Notes under the pieces: model-generated | Seen by the model: the letters and a program-made list of their open reading frames with translations, nothing else | What the model was told of the DNA's origin: nothing | Databases searched by the model: none | Shown: in pieces, positions 1 to 11,804 of the stretch | Position numbering within the stretch: position 1 is the stretch's first letter | How the letters are laid out: each line of letters starts with the position of its first letter | Position numbers and translations under genes: made by a program | NCBI GenBank assembly: GCA_965240325.2 | Contig: OZ251244.1 | Location: 930,001 to 994,000 of the forward strand | DNA: 64,000 nucleotides | Direction of reading: 5' to 3' | DNA from: Rebecca billardiae RCC1528 | Taxonomy: Eukaryota; Protista; Haptophyta

Positions 1-3000
1 TCGGCGTCCGTGAAGGTGGTGATGAAGCCGAGCGCGAGCTTCGCCGCGTACACGACATCGCAGACGTAATTGACGGCGAGCAGCCCCGGCAGCTTCTGGC
101 TCTCGCCGAGGAAGCACAGCTGCACGGGCAGCAGTAGCGCGTTCCACGCGGCAGCGAGGAGCAGCGCCTGCATGAAGCGCGAGTGCGCACCCCCTTCGTG
201 CGCGAGGATGATGCTGCTGGCCCAGCCCGAGCTGTCGGAATGCGCGAAGTTGGCCGTGAGCGCCGCGTTCGCCTCGGCGTGCCGCTTCGCGCTGAGCGCG
301 CGAGAGCGCTGCGCCGCGTCGTAGACGCGATCCGCAAACGTGCCTGCGCGCGCTCCTCCGGCGCCGACGAAAGCGGGCTCCTCATCGGCGGCAGCCAAGG
401 CGCGACGCGCGCCGGAGCGTGGGAGCAGGTGGTCCGCGAGCGCGGCCCATGTCGCGGCGTTGTCGCCGGTGCCCTGCACGTTGAGCTCCAGCCCCGTCGT
501 GCACCAGCCGAGCACTGCGCCCGGCGTGACCGAGCTCTTTGTGACGCACGAGCCGATGATGGCGGCGAGCGTGTCCACGTTAACGAGCGCGTCTGCTTGC
601 AGCCGGCCGGAGGCAAACTTGGCCTTGATCTTGTCGACGACTGCGATGCGCACCTGCGGCGTCATCATCGCGCCAACGTCGACGCGCATGGCAGTGGACG
701 CGGCGAGTGCCGCGTCCGGCTTGAATTGGAACGGCACGCAGCTCGACGCGACGCTCATCTGTGAGATGTTGGTCGGGCTGATCAGGCTGCCACTGCAGCT
801 GCCGTTCATTGCGCCGGCGTTCTCGAGCGCGATCAGGCCCTTTGTGGAGAGGCCGGCGGCGCCTGCATGTGCCGCATCGTCCAGCTCATCCTCGTCGTCG
901 CCCGAGCCCGCCGTGGCAAGGACCCAGTCGGCGGCACCCACGAGGAACTGCGAGCGCGGCAGCCGCTGCCGCCGGGGCGCGCGCCTGCCAGCGCCGTCCT
1001 CTTCGCTGCCGTTGTCACTGCCGTCATGCGCAGCGGCGCTCGCCGCGGCGAAGGAGGCGGCCGCCTCGGAGAGGAAGACGAGCAGCGATTTGATCTCGCG
1101 CGAGCCGAGGTCGCCGACGCTGCCCTGCATCCGCCTTACGTCCTTGATCGAGATCATCCCCTTGCCCGTGACGTCAAAGAGCGCAAACAGCCGGCTGAGT
1201 AGCTCGACCGCCTCGATCAGCTCAGCCACAGCGCGCAGGTCACTCCTCGCCGCCAGCTCGCCACCGGACGCGGTCGGCTGCGGCTCGGTCGCAGTGCTCT
1301 GCTTCGGCTGCTGTTGCGTGCACCCCTGCTGGAACGAGCGGCGCAAAAAGCTGCTGGCCCGAGGTCCCCGCGGCGGTGGCGAGAGGAAGCCGCCGCCCGC
1401 CCCTGGCGGCGGCGAGCGCAGGCCACTCCTCGCCCCAGACGGCGGCGAGGGGAGGCCGTCGCTCTCGCGCGCCTGCTCGCTGTCTCCGCCGCTGGGGTGG
1501 ACGCGTGTCCCGGCCGCATGGTCCTTCGTAAGCTGCTTCAGCCGCGACACGAGGCGCCAGTTGAGCTGGGAGTAATCGGCGGAGTCATCGTCGAGGTTTG
1601 CGTGTGTGTCTGGGCCTCCGTTGCCGCGAGAGGCCAAGGCTGCCGGCCCACCGCGCGCGTGCACGTCCAGGACGTGGTCGACAAACCGGCCGGAGAGCAG
1701 GAGCACCTTGAAGCCGAGCTCGCGCAGGCTGACGCGCACGTCCGCGTCCGATGGCAGCGCCTGGTCGTTGCTTTCGCTGTCTTCCTTCACGCGCGTGCCC
1801 GTGAGGAGGCTGATGATGGCTCCCGAGCCGCGGCGCACAGTGCCAAAGCGGCGGCCGGCGTCGGGGCTCCCGTCGTGGGTGGACGAGCGACCGCCGAGAG
1901 CGCTGATGCCGGCGATAGGCGCCTCTCGGCCTGACGACAAGCGCGAGCCGATCATTGGGCTCGCCTCCCTCGACGCCCGCCCACTCGTCGGTGAGCTCGC
2001 CTGGCCAATGCTCTGCCGTCCGCTCTGCCGTCCGCCGTTCGCGCTCGCCAGGCGTGCAGCAAACGCGCTGATTCTCCTGCGCGGCATCCCGCCGCTCATC
2101 GGCCCGCTGGAGGGCTGCCGCGCTGGCCGCGCCGGCGCGGCGGCACCCAGCATCTGCTGCAGCTCGGCGTACAGCTCGGCGAGCATCGCCTCGACGGCCT
2201 CCTTGGGCACTTGGCAGCGCGCGAGGAAGTTGCGTACCGCTGCCTCGTCGCGTGTGGCCGTGTCCTCGCCGAGCATGGCCGGTGCACTCATCACCTCGTC
2301 GAAGAGCGCGCTCATCGACCGCAGGCCACGCTCCACGCGTGGCAGCTGCAGCAGGAGCCGCGTGAACGACGCGGTCGCGTTCGTCGCTGAGGCAGGCGCA
2401 CCGTTCGCCGCGCGCCCGCCGCCGGCGCCCGCGCTCGATCCGCCGGTCACGTGCACGTTTCGTGAGTGCACGCCGTTGGCCTCGCGGCCCGGGCCACCGC
2501 CGCCACCGCCGCCATCGCCACTGCCGTCGTCGTCCTCCTCGTCCTCCTCCGACTCATCCTCCGACTGCTCGAGGTCATCAGAGGTGAGGTCGCTCGTGCT
2601 GTTGTCCTCATCGCCCTGCTCCACAGCATACGTGTCGACCCAGTGGGGCGTCCACTTGCGCACGTACTTGTACAGGGTGTCGTGCAGGTGGCGCAGCTTG
2701 GTGATCTCGTGCGCGAGCTGGTCGAAAGCTTGGCTGAGCTCCTGCCGCGCCTTGAGCTTGGAGGCGTCGAGCTCGAGCCGCGCCGCCTTGCGCCTGCTCA
2801 GTTCGCGATTGACGGAGTACTTGGGACGCTCCCTCGCCTCGGCGAGCCGCGCGCTGATCTGCGCGTCCGCGGCCGCGGCCGGCGGCAGGGTCGCGCCCTC
2901 GTGCACGAGGAGGCAAGCGACGTCGAGGCTGTTCTCGAGCGCGTCCACCAACGGCGTGTTGCCCCAACGGTCAGCCACGTTCGGGTCGGCCATGGACGCG

Positions 3001-5842
3001 AGCAGCACGTGCACCCCTGACAGCGAGCCTGCCGCGGCTGCGAGGTGGAGCGCCGTCCGCATGTCGTAGTCGCCGCCGTCCACGCTCACGCCCGCGTCGA
3101 TGAGCGCGCTGAGCGTGTGCAGCTCCGAGTTCGAGGCCGCGTCGCACAGCTTCTCCGCGAGGCCGCGCTGTCGCGGCCGACCGCCGCTGTCGCGCAGCAG
3201 CTGCGCGACCAGCTTGCGCCCATTCTCGATCGCGTCATCGACGGGCGTGCGGTTCCATCGGTCCTCCACGTTCACGTCTGCGAGCCGCGAGATCATGTAC
3301 TCGCACACGCGCAAGTTGCCCTCGGCAGCAGCGAGGTGCATGGCCGTGCGCCCGTCGTAGTCGCCGACGTTGATGTCGATGCCGTTGGCCAGCAGCGTGG
3401 CGATGTAGTTGACGTCGCCCTTCGACGCGGCCTCGCACAGCATCCCCGCCGGCCGCTCGATATCGAGGTGCGCCCCCACCCTGGCGAGCTCGGCCGCGAC
3501 CGCCTCGTGCTTGCCCTCGATCGCGTCCTTGATTGGCGTGCCACCCCATCGGTCGCGCACGTTGGGATCGGCGCCGAGCGAGAGCAGCAGCGACACGACC
3601 TTAATGTTGCCCTCCGCGGCCGCGAGATGCAGCGTGGTCCGCCCGTCGTAGTCGCCGATATCGAGCGGCAAGCCCCGCGATGCCATCGTGCGCACCGTGT
3701 CCACGTCGCCCTCGCTCGCCGCGTAGGTCATCTGCGAGAGCGCGTCCTCGTTGCGTCGCACGATGGCGTGCTTGATCGTCTGGCGCAGCGCGTCGAACTC
3801 CTCGCGCTCCTCGTCGTCGAGCGTTCCGCTGTGCGCGCCGTGCGCAAACGCGCTGCCGCCGCCCGCATCGCCTGTAGGCAGCTCCTTGCCGTTCTTGTCC
3901 AGCCCAAAGCGTCGCAGCAGGTTCTGCATGATCACGTCGGCCTGCTCGGGGTACGACTGCACGATCTCGTCGTAGTCCGACCCGGGCAGCACGAGCAGCG
4001 TGACGTCGCCGGTGCTCGTCGCCGCAACCGTGTACGGCTGCTGGATGCCGAGGATGAAGGCGACCTCGCCGACCACCTGGCCCGGCTCAAGATCGGAGCG
4101 GACGGTCGTGATGTGCACGTCCCCGCGCCGCACGCTGAGCGAGCCGCCAATGAGGAAGAGCAGCTCGCGTGAGCCGTCGCCGGCGTGAAAGAGCGCCTCG
4201 TACGGCATCACGTGCCGCTCCCTGAGCACGATCACCATCTGGTTCAGGAACTGGCCGTGGCACGACGCGAAGATCCATGCGCCCTGCACGTGGCGCAGGT
4301 GCTGCGCAGACGCGACGCGCACCTTGAGCGTGTGCGGCAGCTGGTTGAAGATGTTCTCCTTGCCGGACGCGTTCTTGCGGTGCTGGAACCGAAAGTGCAC
4401 GCGAATCTTGTGCACGATCGGCGCTGGCAGCGATCGGTGCGCGCAGTAGTCCTCGACCGCCTTCATCTGCTCCTTGAAGTGCAGCACAGTCTCGTCCACG
4501 CGGACTAAATAGTGGAAGAGCGTGCCGAGCACGAACGCGTAGAAGACCTGGGGCGGCAACGCGGCGCCGGGATACGGACGCCGGACGCGCCGCCGCGTGA
4601 GCGAAGGGCGTGACCGGCGGCGGGCGACCGCACGGGGCGCGCGCGCACGATTTGGACCACGCAGATGAGGCACGAGAAGGCCAGCTCGACCTCCGTCGCG
4701 ATGACCAGCGGGCCATAGCCGAGCGCGGTCACGCCACTCCACGCCATGAACGAGGCGAGCAGGTACTGCTCGAGCGCGCTCGCTTCCTGCGGGTCGAAGG
4801 TGTGCTGGCCGGAGAAGGCTTGGTACTGCGCACTCCACGTGGGCAGCTCGAGCTCGGCCGCGTGCGTCGAGATCGCCCACCACGCGCACGCCACCCAGTG
4901 CGGCACGGCGAACATGACGAGGGAGAACTTGTACACTGCGAGGAACATGACGCTCGTCGTGAGGTCCGAGTTGATCTTCTCGACGTGCGCGTTGAGGTCG
5001 TGAATGCGGATGGCGCGCACCGCCTGAGCAGCGTACCACAGCCAGACGCTGTCGCCACCAATCACGACAAACGCGGCGCGGCTCGCATGCAGCACCGCCA
5101 CTGTGAGCGCGTCGAGCGCGAAGCGGCCGCACGCGTATGGGTACGCCTCGACGCCGGCGCGCTCGCGCGTCGCCTGCGGCAGCGCGCGCCGCGCGCGCGC
5201 CTCGGCGCTGAGCTCGCGCACCATGCGGTCGATCTCGTACAGGTCAGTCATCGCGTCGAGGAAGATGAAGAGCGTTGATGCCGCCACCGCCTCCGCGAAC
5301 GCTATGCGCAGCGGGATCGCGAGCATTTCGTAGGTGAGTGCCGGCAGGCGAAGGGCAAAGTAGTACGCGCGCAGCCGCTCCTGCCGCTCGAGCGCGGCGT
5401 CATCGCGCTGGCGCCCGCCGCCGGCATCCGCGTCGCGGGCGGCGGACTGGTCCACCGCCATCTGCTCCTTCCATCGCACGTGGCCAGCCTGGCGCCTGCC
5501 TCCCTTGGCAGCGCTGCGCAGGATGCCCGCGGCCTTGCCCTTGCCGAGGCGACGGCCGCCGCTGGCGTGCCCACCTGGCTGACCCAGGAGTAGTGCTGAC
5601 ACACGGCGCAGCGCGCGAATGAGCCGCGTGCGCGGGTCGACGCGGCTCTCGCCCGGCTGCCCTGCCGCCGGCCGAGGCGCCGCAGGTGCGGCGGGCAGCG
5701 CGGGAGTGGGCCGTGAAGCGTGATGATCGCTTCCGCCGGTCGCGGCGATGCCGCCGCCTGCCTGGTCCTGCACCACAGCCTGGGGAGCAGTCGCGTCAGC
5801 AGACGCGCCGCTCGGCGTCGTCTCTGAGCAGCTCGGTGCCAT
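1..5842 (-). CDS. Cyclic-nucleotide-binding-domain, ankyrin-repeat cation (K+-type) channel with EF-hand and a second channel TM domain; 3' end lies outside the window. Exons 5842-4649 and 4547-<1, intron 4648-4548
   Basis: Pore motif WSGVTALGYGP followed by S6 and C-linker (VFYAFVLGTLFHYL...F+HR). CNBD motif VVGEVAFILGIQQPYTV. Three ankyrin pairs (GDYDGRTTLHLAAAEG...DRWGGTP). EF-hand-like FALFDVTGKGMISIKDV. A new S1/S2-like segment (AWNALLLPVQLCF...VCDVVYAAKLALGFITTF) sits at the window edge. The GT-AG intron restores frame, and exon 2 is in the same frame at 4547 and at base 5. Confidence 0.88.
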
Positions 5843-6203
5843 GTGCCGAGCGCTCTTGCGTCGGCTGCGCTGGGTCAGGTGGCAGGCAAGAGCGTCGAGC
5901 ACGACGGGCCCGAGTGGCGGTGACGCCCTGCCACGCTGCACACTCGCCCGCCGGCGGAGGTTATTCAGTTGACGCAGTCGCCAGTCGGTGTCGACGACCG
6001 CCCGCCCGCAACGCCAACGCGCCTGCAGGCGAGCGCTCGTCGAACCCATCCAGGGGAAAACTGACGGGTCTCATTATTGTCATCATACCGTTCGTATAAC
6101 TAAAGTTGAAAATAGCCCACTCGGCAGGCGCGAGGCTGCGGAGATCGCGATCTCTGATGCTGTCCGGACCGGCACTGAGAAGTTGCGCCCGGACGCAACA
6201 ATC

Positions 6204-7616
6204 ATGGGGTCCGCGATCCGCCCCGGCCGGCGCCGGCGGCTAGGCGCGTGGCTCATGGGCGCGTGCTCGCTCGCGTCTGTCACGCTCGCCGCCGCCGACC
6301 CGCCGCTCAAACTGGAAGGCGTCGACATCCGCGTGCCGAACGGCACGACGCACGCCGAGCGGTGCGCGGCCAAGTACCCGCCAGAGAAGGTCGAGGCGCT
6401 GCGGCGCGTGGTGCTCGGCCAGGCGGTGCCGCCACGCGTGCTCTTCGCGGCGATGCTGCACAACAGCGAAGAGATCGTGCACGCGTGGATCGCCACGCTC
6501 GAGCGCGCGCTCGAGCTCGTCGGCGGCGCCTCGAGCGCGTACGTGTCGATCCTGGAGTCGGGCTCGGACGACCAGACCGCGTCGATCCTCGAGGCGTGGC
6601 GCGAGCGGCTGCGCGCGCGCGGTGTGAACAGCACGATCCGCACGCGGGATGACCCGCCCACCGTCTTCCTCCCCTTCCGCCCCAACGACAAGCGCGTCTT
6701 CCGCGTCCAGTACCTCGCCACGCTGCGCAACGAGGTCCTGGAGCCGCTGTACGCGTCGCCCGGCGCGTTCACGCACGTCGTCTGGCTGAACGACGTGGTG
6801 TACTGCGCGCCGGACGTGCTGCGGCTGCTGTCGCACTCGGCGCGCAGCGGCGCGCAGCTCGCGTGCGCCACCGACTTCTGGCCCGTCGCCAAGCGCACCA
6901 ACAAGCCCGGCAGCAAGAACAGCTCGAAGGAGCTGTACACCATCTTCTACGACAGGTGGGCGACGGTGGACATGAGCGGCGCGTACAGGCTGCCCAAGCG
7001 GCTGACGCCGCTGTTCTGGTCGGGCATTCTGGACAAGCGGTGCCCGCCCGCGCCCGCGCCGTGCCCCGACCTGCACGACGCGCCCGAGCCCGTGTACTCG
7101 TGCTGGAACGGCATCGCCGTGTTCGCTGCGCGGCCGTTCGACGAGGGCGTGCGCTTCCGCTGGGAGCCGGTGCTCGACTCGGGCCCGGCGAGCGCGGAGC
7201 AGTGCGCGACGCTGGCGGAGGGGCTGGTTTGCAAGGACATGTGGCGCATCGGCCTCGGCCAGATTGTCCTCGACCCGGGCGTGCAGGTCGCGTACCACGA
7301 CTTTGTGCACGCGCGCCGGCTGCGCCACTTTGCGTCGGACGGCGTGCCGCGCTCGCTGCGCGGCAGGCTCGCGAATGCGCAGCAGCCCAAGCCGTGGGAT
7401 TGCTTCAACATGTCGCGGCCGGGCCAGGCGACGTTGGAGTGGTATACGTCAAAGCCGCCGCGCAAGTCACTCGCGGACAACCGCGGCCCGCTCTTTTACT
7501 CCCGCGACTGGAAGGCGTGGCCGCTCGTCGAGAGCGCGGCAGCGATGCGCGCCACCATTTCAACGACAAGCGTACCGCCATTTCGACGAAATGGTCGAGC
7601 TGCTAGTCGTGAATGA
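6204..7616 (+). CDS. CAP59-like (GT69) alpha-mannosyltransferase-family glycosyltransferase with N-terminal signal/anchor; intronless
   Basis: Family motifs VSILESGSDDQT, YLATLRNEVLEPL, VVWLNDVVYC, ACATDF, FYDRWA and VYSCWNGIAVF; hydrophobic N-terminus. Confidence 0.85.
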   Translation: MGSAIRPGRRRRLGAWLMGACSLASVTLAAADPPLKLEGVDIRVPNGTTHAERCAAKYPPEKVEALRRVVLGQAVPPRVLFAAMLHNSEEIVHAWIATLERALELVGGASSAYVSILESGSDDQTASILEAWRERLRARGVNSTIRTRDDPPTVFLPFRPNDKRVFRVQYLATLRNEVLEPLYASPGAFTHVVWLNDVVYCAPDVLRLLSHSARSGAQLACATDFWPVAKRTNKPGSKNSSKELYTIFYDRWATVDMSGAYRLPKRLTPLFWSGILDKRCPPAPAPCPDLHDAPEPVYSCWNGIAVFAARPFDEGVRFRWEPVLDSGPASAEQCATLAEGLVCKDMWRIGLGQIVLDPGVQVAYHDFVHARRLRHFASDGVPRSLRGRLANAQQPKPWDCFNMSRPGQATLEWYTSKPPRKSLADNRGPLFYSRDWKAWPLVESAAAMRATISTTSVPPFRRNGRAASRE

Positions 7617-8318
7617 CGACGACCTCTGGACTAAATGGTACGAGCTGCTAGCCGAACGGCCCCGCCATCATCAGCGGGAGGAACAGGCTAATAATCACAA
7701 GCCCATCAGCATGATGGCACTACTACATGACTCTGCCGCCGCGGCACTCTCCTAAGGCTAAGCGGTCAGGGGGGCGAGCGGACCAGTTATTAGCGCCGCG
7801 TATATGTACGTAGCCAGCGATCTAATCGCGTCACGCCTCATCACGGCGGGCGGCGCAGTTTCAGATCGGTGTCGGTGAGCTAGTACTCAGGGCCCGACTC
7901 GGACTCGAAGTGAGCGACGCGACATTAAATGATAAAATCCCCGACGACGACGTGAATTAGTGCTCCGCGCCCGAGTGCGTTTGGACCAGGCTACTCGACA
8001 GTTGGTGGGGCGTTGATCTTCTGATTGCCACTCGCCTGCCTGAGCCTGTGTCGCAGTGGCGTCTGCTTATACCGGGGCATTAATGCGTGCTGCTCTTAAA
8101 ATAATACGCGACTTATTTCTAATATATTAGCTTCAAGTACTCGTCGTACTAACTTACCGTGTGGCCTGTGGGACACATCGGGCGTTCATTAATCGGCCGC
8201 AGGATCGAATGCGCGATGATCATCATTTATTTATTTTCGGTAAGCCCGGTCGTTTCTATGACCGGACTGGCAGGGGGTCCGTCGCACTCCGTCGGAACCG
8301 CGGAGCCAGAGCCGACTA

Positions 8319-10044
8319 CTAGAAGCTGTAGTTCACCTCCGTGCTGCTGAGCGTCACGGACAGCGTGGCCGTCGTCGGCTCAGTCGTCCCGCCGCCCAAG
8401 CTCCCGCCGCCGCCCCCGCCGCCCTTGCGCTCGCCAGGCAGCAGGCCGCCGGCGTCGCCGTTGGTCGGTGGGCCGACGCCCCTCAGCACCTTCACCCGCA
8501 CCTTGTCGCCCGGGGCGTGCGTGTCTAGCGCCTTGAAGAGGTCCGCCTCCGAGGCGACCGGCTTGCCGTCGCACTCGATGATCACGTCGCCGATCACCAC
8601 GGCGCCGTCGGGCGCGCGCTCCGAGCCACGCAGCCCCGCCCTCGCAGCGTCCGAGTCGGGCGGCACCTTGAGCACCAGCACGCCCTGCGGCAGGCCGAGC
8701 GCGCGCGCCTGCACGCCGTCGAGCACGCTGATCCCCAGGATCGCGCGCGTCGCGCGCCCGGTGCGCACGATCGTGTCCACCTGCGCCGAGAGCGTGTCCA
8801 CCGGGATCGCAAAGCCGATGCCAGCGGAGGTGCCCGTGGGCGAGTAGATCGCCGTGTTCATGCCGACGAGCTTGCCGTCCACGTCGAGCAGCACGCCGCC
8901 CGAGTTGCCTGCGGGCGGTGCGCGCGAACGGCGCGGCGCGGCGGCGCACCCGGGGGGTCCAGCTCGGCGCCGCGCGGCGGCGGCGGCGTGCTCGCGCGCA
9001 CCGACGCACGCGCCCGTGAGCGAGCCGCGCGGCGGCCGCGCGCCGCACCCGGGTTGATGGCCGCGTCCGTCTGGATCACGTTCGAGATGGGCCGGCCGGA
9101 CGGGCTGTTCATCTCACGGCCGAGCCCGCTCACCACGCCCACCGTGAGCGTGTGGTCGAGGCCGAACGGGTTGCCTGCCGATGCCACCACGCCGCGTGGC
9201 AGCCCGTGTGCGCGCGCAGCCCAGCGGCGCACGGCGCGGCGCGCACCCCCCCCCCCGCGCGTGCGTGAGGCCGTGAGGCGGCGCTCGTGCACGGAGCGCA
9301 GCGCGTGCACGCGCGCGCGTGGGCCCCGCGGCACGCGCACACGGGGAGCACGCGGCGCGAGCCGTCGCGCGCACCGATGGCGAGCACGGTCTGCCCCACG
9401 CGCAGCGTGCTCGAGCTGCCCAGCTGGATCGGCACCGTGCGCACCGCCCCGCCCTCCTTGGGCGCGAGCTCGAGCACCGCCACGTCCTTGTCCGGGTTGG
9501 CGCCGACCAGCTTGGCGGAGTAGACGGTGCGCACGCCCTTGGCGCCGGTGACGGTGACCTTCGCCTCCTGCGCGTTGCGGATCACGTGGTAGTTCGTCAC
9601 GATGTGCCCCGCGCTGTCCCACGCGAAGCCCGAGCCGGTGCCCTGCGGCACCTCCACCATCGCGTTCAGGTCGAGCGCGTTGTACCGCTGCGTGAACGTG
9701 GAGATGTAGACGACGGACGGGGTCGACTTGTCGAAGAGGTTCTCGATCGTCTCCTCCTGCTGCCGGAGGAGGCTGCTCGACGCCGCCGCGCACGCCGCAT
9801 CGGGCAGTGACGGCGCGCAGCCGAACGTCGTGAGCGCGAGCAGGACGAGCTGCGCGGCCGCGCTGCGCAACCGGCCCTTGCGCGCTCGGCGCTGCGGTGG
9901 CGGCACTTCCGCCGGCTGGAGCGGGGGCGAAGGAGCGGGGTGCTCGAGCATGCTCGCGTGCGCGCGCGGCAGCGCGGGGCGCACGGCAGGTGCCGCGCAC
10001 GCCCACGCGCACGGCGCGAGCGCCGACGGCTGGGTCGGCGCCAT
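8319..10044 (-). CDS. degP: Deg/HtrA serine protease with PDZ domain (plastid Deg1-like). Exons 10044-9375, 9174-9049, 8908-8319
   Basis: Catalytic triad motifs VTNYHVI, DKDVAVL and (spliced) INPGNSGG. C-terminal PDZ (GVLVLKV...GDVII). Two GT-AG introns (9374-9175, 9048-8909) restore frame. Confidence 0.93.
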
Positions 10045-10204
10045 CCTCGCGTCCAGCCGTGAGCCGCCGTCCGCTGATGGAATCTCGTCATCCCGTGATC
10101 TCTGGTCTTTCCAGACGCGCACGCCGACGACGACGGGTGCGGTGTGCGGCTGCAAGCTTGCGCCGCCGATGATTGATTTCCGAAAATAATCCCCCTGCCC
10201 ACCC

Positions 10205-11095
10205 ATGGCGGCGCGCGTTGGCTGGGTGGGCGTGGGAGTGATGGGCAAGCACATGTGCGCCCACCTGATGAAGGCGGGCCATCGCGCCACGGTGTACAGC
10301 CGAACCGCGGCCAAGTGCGCACCGCTCGTCGAGCAGGGCGCCACGCTCGCCGCCTCGCCGCGCGAGGTCGCGGAGGCGTCCGATGTCGTGTTCACAATCG
10401 TCTCAAACCCCTCGGACGTCGAGTCGGTGGTGCTCGACCCGCAGAGTGGCGTGCTCGGCGGCATGCGCCCGGGCGGGACGCTCATCGATATGACCACGTC
10501 GACGCCCAGCCTCGCCATCCGCATCGACGAGGCAGCACGCGCGCTCGACATTCGCTCGCTCGACGCTCCGGTGAGCGGCGGCGACGTGGGCGCGCAGGCA
10601 GGCACCCTGTCGATCATGTGCGGCGGTGAGCGAGCGACTTTCGATGCCGTGCAGCCGCTGCTCGCGTGCATGGGAAAGAACATCCAGCTGATGGGCGGAG
10701 CGGGCAGCGGGCAGCACACGAAGATGTGCAACCAGGTGCTGGTGTGCACGACAATGATCGGTGTCTGCGAGTCGATGCTCTACGCTCAGCGCGCTGGGCT
10801 GGATCCATTGGCCGTCGTCGGCGCCATCGGCTCCGGCGCGGCGGGCTCGTGGGCCATCAACAATCTGGGGCCCAAGGTGGTGGCTGCGGACTACGCGCCG
10901 GGCTTCATGATTGAGCATTTCGTGAAGGACCTAGGCATCGCGCTGAGCGAGGCGTCCGCGATGGGGCTGAGGCTGCCCGGCCTCGAGCTCGCGCATCGGC
11001 TGTACGCCTCGCTCCTCGAGCAAGGGCATGGCAAGGACGGCACACAGGCACTCGTGCTCGCCATCCAGGCGGCAGCAGCAGAGGCCTCCAAATGA
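10205..11095 (+). CDS. Beta-hydroxyacid dehydrogenase (3-hydroxyisobutyrate dehydrogenase / 2-hydroxy-3-oxopropionate reductase family)
   Basis: Rossmann motif WVGVGVMG, substrate motif DAPVSGG, catalytic KMCNQ, and GFMIEHFVKDL. Confidence 0.93.
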   Translation: MAARVGWVGVGVMGKHMCAHLMKAGHRATVYSRTAAKCAPLVEQGATLAASPREVAEASDVVFTIVSNPSDVESVVLDPQSGVLGGMRPGGTLIDMTTSTPSLAIRIDEAARALDIRSLDAPVSGGDVGAQAGTLSIMCGGERATFDAVQPLLACMGKNIQLMGGAGSGQHTKMCNQVLVCTTMIGVCESMLYAQRAGLDPLAVVGAIGSGAAGSWAINNLGPKVVAADYAPGFMIEHFVKDLGIALSEASAMGLRLPGLELAHRLYASLLEQGHGKDGTQALVLAIQAAAAEASK

Positions 11096-11804
11096 GGGTG
11101 CAGCCCTGTCGGGCCTCGTGCATCGGCTGATCGGGTGCGGGGCCCTGGCAGCCGCCGCTCACCGGCGATGCCACGCTAATAACTATGAGACAAAGGCGGC
11201 GCCGGCGGCCCTAAGTGGCGGCCCAGTCACAATGGCGCCCGCACTGGGCGTAGTGCATGGCGCCCGCGCCTCGCACGCGCTACAGCGCCCGGTGAGGTGG
11301 ACGCAAGTCTGTCGAAGCGTGTCACATGGGTGCCAAAGGTGCATGCTTGGCACCTCCGCTCGTTTGCCGGCCGCTCCGCTGCCCATGTCTGTCCTGCACG
11401 CACCAAACGTGGCCGCCGAACGTGCCCCGCCGCCACGCCCACTGTGAGACGCCCGCGAACCGCGATGCACCGCGTGCCCCATCGGGTCACGGGTGGTCGA
11501 GAGCAAAACTACGTACAGTTTACTATATGCTTTAACGTGCGGCACTTGGTTACGGCGTGATTGACGCCATCCAACACTGCGCAAAGACACCGCCACAAAA
11601 CAGACCGGCGCAGGCAGGTGAGGGGCGCGTTGCCGCACCTCATCGAGGCGGCCATTGCACCGGCACTGGACGCCTGACGAGCTTCCGCGTCTCCGCGACC
11701 GTTGGCGGTGCGTCGTGAGTTGTCGTTGGCCGCACCATATTCCGTTGAAGCCACCGGTGCTGTGGCGCTGTGCGCATGGCGGCGCTCCCGCGGATGTTCT
11801 GACG

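Noticed and set aside
340-3069. Long plus-strand ORFs (411 and 487 aa) and similar ones at 31897-34968, 42351-51044 and 54552-57155
   Set aside because: These are antisense or shifted-frame shadows of real high-GC genes, Arg/Ala-rich with no recognisable motifs.
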